NCBI GenBank assembly: GCA_036012905.1
Contig: DASCQF010000009.1
Location: forward strand, 12,982-76,981
DNA from: Vicinamibacterales bacterium
Lineage (GTDB): Bacteria; Acidobacteriota; Vicinamibacteria; Vicinamibacterales; UBA8438
DNA: 64,000 bases
Direction of reading: 5' to 3'
Below, piece after piece: positions 9,766-17,563 of this stretch (position 1 is the first letter of the stretch; every line of letters starts with the position of its first letter). Below the pieces are notes generated by a model. The model saw only the letters and a list, made by a program, of their open reading frames with translations, was not told where the DNA came from and made no database searches. The position numbers were made by a program, and so were the translations under genes.

Positions 9766-11283
9766 TCATCCGGCGCCACTTCGCGTCCGGATCGGCAGAA
9801 GCCGCTGATTCCTGAGAATCTCCATAGGCACCCGAAGATCAGCGGCCCTGAGCTCGCGCAGGGCGGCAAGCACCGCCACGTACCCTATGAGCACCAGGGC
9901 CCCGACGACGACCATGGGCAGCGCCGACCCGCGCAACACGCCGAACACCGCGGCCGCTGAAACGAAGCTCAGCGCACTCGCCCAGATGCACTTCGCCGGA
10001 ATCATTGCTCGCACGATCGGCGCCAGCACCAATATCAGAACGACGCTGACCACATTCGCGGTCAAGAGAGCTCCAATTGCCCCCCAGACACCGTAAGGTG
10101 GGACGAGCACCGCGGTCGCCAAAATCTGCAGACCGACGTGACTGGTGCTGACAATGAAGATCACCCGCACCTGGCTGAAAGCGTTCGTCAGAAATAGCCC
10201 AAGCGGCTCACGTGTCGTCCGTAACAGGAACACGATGAGGAGCGCTCGCGCGTACACCACGACCTCCGCGTACGAGGGACCGTAGAGCCACGACACCACC
10301 GGTTCGATGGCAAAGAAGCCGCCGAGACTGACGAGGACGGAAGCCTGAAACAACCACCGAAACACTAAGGTGAATTTCCGGCGCAAGTTCTCCATGTCGC
10401 TACTCGAAATCTCGGCGATGTATGGCGCGAGAACGGCCGGCAGCACCTTGAAGACGCTGACGAAGGCATCAAGGAAGGTCGACGCGATGTAGTAGAGCGC
10501 GACGACACCGGGCGAGCTGAACCGTCCGAGCAGGATCTTGTCGAACCACGACACCCCGAACCGATAGAGGCCCTGAAAGCTGAGCAACAGACCGAAGCGA
10601 GCGACGGTCCCGCACGCGTCGGTGAAGCTGCGCCGTGACTGGCCAACGAGCGCTCGTCGAAAACTCGGTGGCAGCCACCGCGCGGCGATCCCGACGGCAG
10701 TCACGGCCGCCACGGCGTTCCCGACGAGGATCCACTCGATCGAACCTCGTGCCACGAGCCCGATCACGCACACCGACGCAATCTGCAGGTGCCCGAACAG
10801 AATCGTCAAGAAGCTTTCCCGCCGCCAGTCCTGCAGAGCCTGAAACACCTGCAGGGAAAAGTCCAGCAACGCAAAGGCAGCAAAGTAGATGACCCCGGCG
10901 TGGATGAGTGGCGTCAGGCCGGGCAACAGGAAGACATGTGTCGCGACGAGGTCCGCGCTGACGAACATCAACGTCCCGAACGTGATGATGCCGGCCAGCT
11001 GGATGAGAACGCTCGCACCAAAAAGATCGACGGCTCTTTGCTCATCACCGTCATTGAGCCACAGCGGAACGAACCGGATCAGGGTGGTCTTGGTGCCGAA
11101 ATCCGACAGCACGGAACCTAGAGCCGCCAGGGAGTAGACCAGAATGAGCGTCCCGTACTGCTCCTGACCATACACTCGGTTGAGCAGAACCGATACGGTC
11201 AGGCCGGCGAACACGCGAAAGGCGTTCGCGGACGTCTTGAGGATGACCCCTTCACCGAGCTGGGAGACCCGACTGACGTTCAT
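9766..11283 (-). CDS. Wzx-like oligosaccharide flippase (MOP superfamily polysaccharide biosynthesis protein)
   Basis: The protein is polytopic and hydrophobic, and it is a paralog of the interrupted ORFs at 23533-25110. I trimmed the start to MNVSRVSQ (11283), downstream of the upstream gene's stop. Confidence 0.8.
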   Translation of the reverse strand: MNVSRVSQLGEGVILKTSANAFRVFAGLTVSVLLNRVYGQEQYGTLILVYSLAALGSVLSDFGTKTTLIRFVPLWLNDGDEQRAVDLFGASVLIQLAGIITFGTLMFVSADLVATHVFLLPGLTPLIHAGVIYFAAFALLDFSLQVFQALQDWRRESFLTILFGHLQIASVCVIGLVARGSIEWILVGNAVAAVTAVGIAARWLPPSFRRALVGQSRRSFTDACGTVARFGLLLSFQGLYRFGVSWFDKILLGRFSSPGVVALYYIASTFLDAFVSVFKVLPAVLAPYIAEISSSDMENLRRKFTLVFRWLFQASVLVSLGGFFAIEPVVSWLYGPSYAEVVVYARALLIVFLLRTTREPLGLFLTNAFSQVRVIFIVSTSHVGLQILATAVLVPPYGVWGAIGALLTANVVSVVLILVLAPIVRAMIPAKCIWASALSFVSAAAVFGVLRGSALPMVVVGALVLIGYVAVLAALRELRAADLRVPMEILRNQRLLPIRTRSGAG

Positions 11284-11320
11284 AGGAAGGGTCTCAGGCG
11301 CATCCCATCCGGGTGCCACT

Positions 11321-12055
11321 TCATTCTCGTAACGCCTGCGCGAGCAGAGTGCGTGTGAGCACTCGTGGGCGGTCGGTTCCCAGCTCGATGAGGTATGCAA
11401 GGTTGAGGAACGCGAACCAGAGCTTTCGCAGCGCCAGCCAGACGATGAACCTGGGCCTCCAGCGAAGGCGCATCCGCTCGCCGAACACGCTGATGCGCTT
11501 GAAGCCCACGGTCTCCAGGACCTTCCGCAGCGAGAGGTCGTTGAAACACACTTCGTGGGTCAGACTGATGTAGCGAAGGTACGGGCCTGCAACACCGGCG
11601 GCGTTGTTCGTCCGCACGAGCAGGATCCCGCCCGGACGAAGAGCCTCTCTGAGGGCGTCCAGGATCGCGAGCAGGTCGGACTTCGGAAAGTGCTCGATCA
11701 CATCGCCCAGATAGATCACGTCGTACCGGGCTGGATGCGATGTCAAGAACTCCTGAAGGTCGGAAATCCGCGTCACCGGGCACCCCACGAGACGCTCGCA
11801 ATACGCAATCAGATGTTCCGAAATCTCCACGCCTTCGATCTTCTGATACCCTCGCTGCTTCAGAAAGTACAGGAATTCGCCCATACCGCAGCCGATGTCG
11901 AGGATCGCCGCTTCCTTGTTTGCGGGTAACAAGGACTCGTAGTTGTCTTCCAGCCATTCCTGACCGCGCCCCCTAACCCGCAGGAACTCCTCGACGGGGG
12001 GCAGCGAACCCTGGAAGTCGATGTTGTGATACCGCTCAGCGTAGTGTTCAGTCAC
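11321..12055 (-). CDS. class I SAM-dependent methyltransferase
   Basis: SAM motif I is ILDIGCGMGEFLYFL, followed by the acidic loop VEISE and YDVIYLGDVIEH. Confidence 0.85.
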   Translation of the reverse strand: MTEHYAERYHNIDFQGSLPPVEEFLRVRGRGQEWLEDNYESLLPANKEAAILDIGCGMGEFLYFLKQRGYQKIEGVEISEHLIAYCERLVGCPVTRISDLQEFLTSHPARYDVIYLGDVIEHFPKSDLLAILDALREALRPGGILLVRTNNAAGVAGPYLRYISLTHEVCFNDLSLRKVLETVGFKRISVFGERMRLRWRPRFIVWLALRKLWFAFLNLAYLIELGTDRPRVLTRTLLAQALRE

Positions 12056-12070
12056 GAGTTTGTGCTCCCC

Positions 12071-13507
12071 TCACGAGGCGCTCGAACGCGATGGCGGAAT
12101 CGCCCCCATCGCGGGCCGCGGTTCCGGCTTGAAGGTCGTCCCCGACAGCGCGTGGCGCACCAACTCGACGTTGCGCCCGACATCATCTCGATGGGCCGCG
12201 AGAATTTCCTGGATCTTCCGCTCCATGCGGACCGCAAGCGTCTGGTCAACGAGCGCCCGCACCACCGCTGTCGTGAGATCGGCGGCCGTGGAAATCCGCA
12301 CCCCACTCCACACCGCTTCCAGATCATCGGTGATTTCCCGCCACAGATTCATGAACGGTCCAAAGAACACGGGGCGCCCGTGTGCGAGTGGCTCAACCGG
12401 GTTCTGACCGAGTCCTGCGCGCTGGCGCGGGTACGTCGTGCCACCGAGAAACACGACCGATGCGAGGGAGTAGAGGTTCGCCAACTCGCCAAACGTGTCG
12501 ACGACGATGACGGGCGTGTCAACGGCAGACTTGCGTGCCAGCGAGCTCTTGAGCACCGGGGTCAACCCCCGCTCGGATAGATGCGAAACCATTCTGGAGG
12601 TGTCGAACTGATACCTCGGCACCAACAAGAGACGCAGGGCCGCGATCTCCCGTCGGGCTTCCAGATAGGCCGACGCCACGAGCTCTTCCTCACCCGGGTG
12701 CAGGCTCGCGGCGAGCAAGACCGGCTCGTCAGGTGCGAGCCGAAGCTCCCGGTACAAACCCTGTCTCGCGTGGTCCGGCACCTGCAGGTACTCCAAGTCG
12801 AACTTCATGTTGCCGGTCACCATGACTCGATCTGGTCGAGCGCCATGCTCGATGAAGCCTTTGACATCCTCCTGACTCCAGGCCCCGATCCAATCCAGGT
12901 GGCCGAACGGCCGCCGTGCCAGGGTGCGTTCGAACATCGGATGACGATCCACACCCTTACTCAACAGGCCACTCACCAGAATGGTGGTCACACCGTGCCG
13001 CTTGGCCTCCTCGACGAGCACCGGGCACCTCAGGTTTTGAATGCAGATGAACGCAGCCGGTTTCAACCGGCGCAAACATCGGCGCACTGGTCCGCGGCAG
13101 TCCCAGGGACTGTCGAGCACGGCGTCGACGTCAAGACTTGATGTCGCAAAATCATAGGAGTACCGGGTGTTGGTGGAGAGCACGAACCGCCACCGAGGGA
13201 GGACGGAACGAAGCACACGGCAGAAGGTCACGATCTGGGTGACCTCCCCGCCCGATAGCGCGTCGATCCACAGGACGGGACCTCCCTGAGCGGCGGTGGC
13301 GACCGGTGCGGGCACGAAGCCCCATCGGCTCCAGAAATACCTCCGCCAGTACGGGTCCCGTCCGAAAACCACTCGGCGCAGGAAGGTGACCGGCGCGTGG
13401 AGATAGGCCGCTGCGGCGTAACGCCACTGCTCCGGTTGCCACTTGCGGAACCGGCGCACGTCAGCCCCGGCGGGGGGAAGACGCCGGCGCGTTCCGGCAG
13501 GCCGCAC
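12071..13507 (-). CDS. GT30 glycosyltransferase homologous to 3-deoxy-D-manno-octulosonic-acid (Kdo) transferase WaaA
   Basis: By eye it aligns with E. coli WaaA: LWIDALSGGEV vs HSVSVGET, VTGNMKFD vs VTGSLKFD, ASLHPGEEE vs TSTHEGEES, VDTFGELANLY..FLGG vs GDTMGELMLLY..FVGG, and GQNPVEPLAHGRPV vs GHNPLEAAAHAIPV. Confidence 0.8.
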   Translation of the reverse strand: MRPAGTRRRLPPAGADVRRFRKWQPEQWRYAAAAYLHAPVTFLRRVVFGRDPYWRRYFWSRWGFVPAPVATAAQGGPVLWIDALSGGEVTQIVTFCRVLRSVLPRWRFVLSTNTRYSYDFATSSLDVDAVLDSPWDCRGPVRRCLRRLKPAAFICIQNLRCPVLVEEAKRHGVTTILVSGLLSKGVDRHPMFERTLARRPFGHLDWIGAWSQEDVKGFIEHGARPDRVMVTGNMKFDLEYLQVPDHARQGLYRELRLAPDEPVLLAASLHPGEEELVASAYLEARREIAALRLLLVPRYQFDTSRMVSHLSERGLTPVLKSSLARKSAVDTPVIVVDTFGELANLYSLASVVFLGGTTYPRQRAGLGQNPVEPLAHGRPVFFGPFMNLWREITDDLEAVWSGVRISTAADLTTAVVRALVDQTLAVRMERKIQEILAAHRDDVGRNVELVRHALSGTTFKPEPRPAMGAIPPSRSSAS

Positions 13508-13524
13508 GCCGGCGGCGAAACGGC

Positions 13525-14235
13525 TCAGTCATTCACCTGCCTGCCCCCTTCGGTCAGCACCTGTTCTGCGAGCCACAGGTCGAACTCGGTGTGAATGTCG
13601 ATCGACGACAGATCATCGTCAGTCGGAATGACCGCGACGCGGTCTCCGATGCGCCGGCCCGCCTTGATCACGGCCCCACGGGACGCACAGGCAAGACCCG
13701 TATCCTCACGGTAGACAGGCTCACGCGTCTGGCGAGGGCCTGGCTTGATGTCGGGAGCGAGCCGTACGTATCGGCCCTCCACTTTCCGCCAGAAGTTCTT
13801 GTGCGTTGAATACGCCACGAACGCCGTGTCCAGCTCCGGGTCGTTCAGGAGCCGGCGTACAGCCTCATCGATCATCGTGCGCTTCCGAAAGATATCTGTG
13901 GGCTGCAGATACACGACGATGTCGACACGATAGTGATCGATTTGCTCGAGCCACTCGACCGCGTGCTGCAGCACCGGCTCGGTCGGCGTGTGATCCTGTG
14001 CTAGCTCCGCCGGACGCAGGAACGGCACTTCGGCGCCCCACTGCCGCGCCACCTCGGCGATCTCGGCGTCATCGGTGGACACGAGGGTCCGATCCACCAT
14101 CGGTGACGCCTTGGCTGCCTCGATCGAGTACGCGATAAGCGGCTTGCCCGCCAGCAGCCTGATGTTCTTGCGCGGCAGGCCGCGAGAGCCTCCCCGCGCC
14201 GGAATAATCGCGACGACGTTGTGCTGTTCAGGCAT
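13525..14235 (-). CDS. neuA: acylneuraminate (nonulosonate) cytidylyltransferase, CMP-NulO synthetase
   Basis: NeuA-type motifs are present: IIPARGGSRGLPRKN, RPAELAQD, LQPTD and SIDIHTEFD. Confidence 0.85.
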   Translation of the reverse strand: MPEQHNVVAIIPARGGSRGLPRKNIRLLAGKPLIAYSIEAAKASPMVDRTLVSTDDAEIAEVARQWGAEVPFLRPAELAQDHTPTEPVLQHAVEWLEQIDHYRVDIVVYLQPTDIFRKRTMIDEAVRRLLNDPELDTAFVAYSTHKNFWRKVEGRYVRLAPDIKPGPRQTREPVYREDTGLACASRGAVIKAGRRIGDRVAVIPTDDDLSSIDIHTEFDLWLAEQVLTEGGRQVND

Positions 14236-14343
14236 GTCAGAACGGAGCTGCCAAGGGACCGTGACGGAACACGGCGCTACGGTTCGTGGGCATCTCGCGC
14301 CGCCGCAGTCGCCGACTCACGTTGACCGGCGATATGGCGGACG

Positions 14344-15366
14344 CTACGACGATGACAACACCGAGACCGGAATCTGATGTCCGGCGGAGATTTCGACCGC
14401 GGACGTCTTTCCGACAACGGCAGGCAGCGACGCAGGGGGCAGTCCACCACCCGGCCGCAGGCACGTGAGCTGTTCGGCGGTGATGACACGACCCGCCTTG
14501 ATGTCGACCCGGGCGGACACGCTACGACGAGCACCGGTCAGATTCTCACGTTCGCAGGCAGGTAGCGACTTGTCTCCGGTCCCCATCATCGTACTAACGG
14601 CGGTGACCGAGGCCACCAAGGCCTCCAGATCGTCAGGATCCGCCGACAGCTGATGGTCACGAAGGGTTCGCCCTTCCTTCTGCAGCGTGAAATGCTTTTC
14701 GACAACGCACGCGCCAAGCGCAACCGCTGCAGTGCAGCCAAAGATTCCGAGTGTGTGGTCGGAATATCCAACCGGCACGCCGAAGCGATTGCGCAAGCTT
14801 GGGATGACCAGCAAGTTGGCGTCAGTCGGCGCGGTTGGGTAGCTCGACACGCAGTGGAGCAGCACGACACGCTGGGCCAGCTCGGATCGCGTCAGCTCTG
14901 CCGCCCGCTGAATCACCGTCAGCGCATCGTCTATCTCGTCGATGGAGGCCATTCCTGTCGACAGTAACATCGGCTTGCCCGTACCGGCCACCCGCTCGAG
15001 CAACTGCACGAACGTCAGATCGCCGGACGCGATCTTGAACGCGGGCACCAGAGGGTCGAGGAGCTCGACAGCCTCGAGGTCGAATGGAGTGGAGAGAAAC
15101 ATCACATCAGCGGACCGAGCCTCATCCGCCAACTCTGCGTACGCCGACTCAGGGAGCGCCAGTTTCTGGAAGTGAGCGAACCGCGCAGCCTCCGTCCGTG
15201 CCACGATCTTGTCTGCCGTGTAGGTCTGGAACTTGACTGCGTCCGCACCCGCGCGGGCCGCCTCCCGGATCATCGTCTTCGCGGCATCGAGGTCACCCTC
15301 GTGGTTCGCACCGATTTCTGCGATGACCAGCGGGCGGGTCTCGAGGTTGACGTTACCGATGTTCAT
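14344..15366 (-). CDS. neuB: N-acetylneuraminate / nonulosonate synthase (NeuB family with C-terminal SAF domain)
   Basis: The N-terminus reads PLVIAEIGANHEGDLDAAKTMIREAARAGADAVKFQTY, with GYSDHTLG further in. The SAF-like C-terminus reads ITAEQLTCLRPGGG. Confidence 0.9.
   Translation of the reverse strand: MNIGNVNLETRPLVIAEIGANHEGDLDAAKTMIREAARAGADAVKFQTYTADKIVARTEAARFAHFQKLALPESAYAELADEARSADVMFLSTPFDLEAVELLDPLVPAFKIASGDLTFVQLLERVAGTGKPMLLSTGMASIDEIDDALTVIQRAAELTRSELAQRVVLLHCVSSYPTAPTDANLLVIPSLRNRFGVPVGYSDHTLGIFGCTAAVALGACVVEKHFTLQKEGRTLRDHQLSADPDDLEALVASVTAVSTMMGTGDKSLPACERENLTGARRSVSARVDIKAGRVITAEQLTCLRPGGGLPPASLPAVVGKTSAVEISAGHQIPVSVLSSS
15267..15366 (-). repeat. copy A of a 100-nt direct repeat (the functional neuB 5' end); copy B is at 17464-17563
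   Basis: My manual ungapped alignment of 15267-15366 against 17464-17563 gives 82/100 identical positions. Both copies end at an ATG. Confidence 0.8.
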
Positions 15367-15530
15367 CTGCGCACCAGCGGATGCTCGCAGAGATCAGACT
15401 AATGATCCTTCAAGGCAATGATTGGCGTTGGAGCGGAGGCATCGCAGGCTTTAGCGTCGGCGGCACCCTGTCGCATGACTCGCGTCCGAAGCGTGGCGAC
15501 CCTGGATCGTCTGTCGTCAACCCCGATCAT

Positions 15531-17423
15531 CTAACGACCCTTTCGAAGCGGCGCCATGTTCGCCAAATCACCTGGAATCGTTTCCAGATCCTTGTCCACG
15601 ATGCGGCGTAGGGATTTGTACTGGTGCATGAAATTGCTGCGTTTCCTAGCGTGGCGAAGCCGCCAAACCAGGTAGTCGACAAGGTTCTTGATGGCGGTAC
15701 CGGGCGTGCCTTGCCTCAGGGTCTTTGCGATCACCATCAATGCGAGCAGCTTGCGAAGCCGGTAGAAAATGACTGGGTAACATATCATCGCAAGGCCCGA
15801 TTGGCCGCTCCGTAACAGGCTCAGAAGTGAAGGTAGTTTCGCCTCGTTAGTCTCAAGTTCGTATTGCTGGCTGGCGGTGTTCATGCGGTCCGCCGTCAAA
15901 CTCGTATCCACGAGACGCTTTGGGTTTGCAAAGTAGCCCGAATCGCGGCGTTTCTTCTTGAAGAATCGAACATCGTTCAGCAGAACTTGATGATAGTGGT
16001 CGAGCCCATACTTTGTGACGTACGCATGGTTCGCTTCTATGGTGATCCGGGGCCGCCAGGATTGCTGCTCCAGTATCGGCGAATCCGTGAAGTTCAGGGT
16101 CGCGTATTCGTCATGGGCATCCTTGTCGGAAATTCGCAACAGATAGGCCTCTTCATCACTCAATGTCCGTCCAATGAGGCCGTGGTGGCGCGCATACTCA
16201 TACAGCGGCGTACCGGGTAGAGCTTGTGCATAGTTGATGCTCAAACTGTTCGGGTTCTGTTTGGGGCTTATGGTCAAGGCTGTCTTGCAGAATTCGATGG
16301 TCTCACCGATCGTCTCAGCATTCTCTCCCGGCATACCGATGACCAACTGAACGACCGAAAGCAACCCGGCCTCGGTCGTCCAACGCATGGCGTTCACATT
16401 GTCCTCGACCGTGGTTCTCTTCTCCATTATTTCGAGCATGCGTGGGCTGCCGGTCTCCATGCCGTAGAGAATGCCGGCACAGCCCGCGTCCTTCATCATC
16501 GCAATCTGCTCGCGCGTGATGCAGTTGACCCTCATGCCGCCGACGAGCCAAAGGATATCCAGCGGCTTGATGCGTTCACAAAACTCCTTCAGCCACTTGC
16601 GGTCGGTGCCGAAGTTCTCGTCGGCGCAGAAGATGAAGCCGACGTTGTACTTGTCTATCAAGGCCCGCAACCGCTCGACGATGATTGCCGGTGGAATATA
16701 TCGGATGCCTCTATCCCATCGATGACAGAAGGTACACCGTGCTACGCATCCCTTGGCACCTGGCACCATCATGAACCGTCTTCCCTGACGATGCGCCTCG
16801 CGTGCCCGCGGGTCATGCGCGAACCGCCCCCCAGTCCATGCATCATCGCTGGTGACCTCGGTCACGTAGTTCTCCATGTCAGCCGCGTCGGCCAAGATCT
16901 GCCAATCGATGTCGTATATTTCCGTCTTGTCTAGGGCTGGTGGATACCCGGTGTTGACCAGTTCGCCAGATCCTCCGACGAACATCAGGCCCGGAACATC
17001 CTTGAAGGCGTCGAGATTCCGAGTCTTCTCGGCCCGCACGACTATTTCGCGCATCACCCACTCGCCTTCACCAATCACGCAAAGGTCGACGCCCGTACAG
17101 CGCAGGACAATCTCCGCGCTCGCCGCGAGGTTTCCGCCAAGGACGATGAGGGTGTCTGGTAGTTGTGCCTTGACCGCGGTGGATAGATTCTTGGAGTACT
17201 CGTAGGCCGTCGAGACCACCGCACTGATGCCCAAAACGTCCGGATTCTTGCTGACGATATGAGCGACGGCATCGTCAAAATCAGGTCGGTTGCCATCAAT
17301 GTGGTAGAACTCGACGTCATCGATGCCATGTCGATTCAGATAGCTGATGATACTGAGCGATCCGATCGGCGGCATGTCGGTCGGTATCGGGCGAATTGGG
17401 GTGGTGACAAACATGACCTTCAT
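15531..17423 (-). CDS. B12-binding-domain radical SAM enzyme (class B, probable methyltransferase)
   Basis: The N-terminal region is cobalamin-binding-like (MKVMFVTTPIRPI...VLGISAVVSTAY...VLGG). The radical-SAM cluster motif is CVARCTFC (CX3CX2C). The length is 630 aa. Confidence 0.85.
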   Translation of the reverse strand: MKVMFVTTPIRPIPTDMPPIGSLSIISYLNRHGIDDVEFYHIDGNRPDFDDAVAHIVSKNPDVLGISAVVSTAYEYSKNLSTAVKAQLPDTLIVLGGNLAASAEIVLRCTGVDLCVIGEGEWVMREIVVRAEKTRNLDAFKDVPGLMFVGGSGELVNTGYPPALDKTEIYDIDWQILADAADMENYVTEVTSDDAWTGGRFAHDPRAREAHRQGRRFMMVPGAKGCVARCTFCHRWDRGIRYIPPAIIVERLRALIDKYNVGFIFCADENFGTDRKWLKEFCERIKPLDILWLVGGMRVNCITREQIAMMKDAGCAGILYGMETGSPRMLEIMEKRTTVEDNVNAMRWTTEAGLLSVVQLVIGMPGENAETIGETIEFCKTALTISPKQNPNSLSINYAQALPGTPLYEYARHHGLIGRTLSDEEAYLLRISDKDAHDEYATLNFTDSPILEQQSWRPRITIEANHAYVTKYGLDHYHQVLLNDVRFFKKKRRDSGYFANPKRLVDTSLTADRMNTASQQYELETNEAKLPSLLSLLRSGQSGLAMICYPVIFYRLRKLLALMVIAKTLRQGTPGTAIKNLVDYLVWRLRHARKRSNFMHQYKSLRRIVDKDLETIPGDLANMAPLRKGR

Positions 17424-17563
17424 GATCCCGACCTCTGCAGCAAGGGAGGGTTTGTCGCCTCCAAGATCATAGTGTTCGCGGCCTCGAGGTGACCCTCATG
17501 GCTCGCACCGATTCTTGGGATGACCAACTGGCGTGTCTGGGGGTTCACGTTACTGACGTTCAT
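17420..17563 (-). pseudogene. remnant of a neuB-like 5' end (47-codon ORF), translationally coupled to the B12 radical-SAM gene
   Basis: The ORF MNVSNVNPQTRQLVIPRIGASHEGHLEAANTMI... matches NeuB MNIGNVNLETRPLVIAEIGANHEGDLDAAKTMI at 21/33 residues, and homology stops after about 35 codons. Its TGA overlaps the ATG of the radical-SAM gene (ATGA at 17420-17423). Its own ATG lies inside the 3' end of the upstream fusion gene. Confidence 0.65.
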
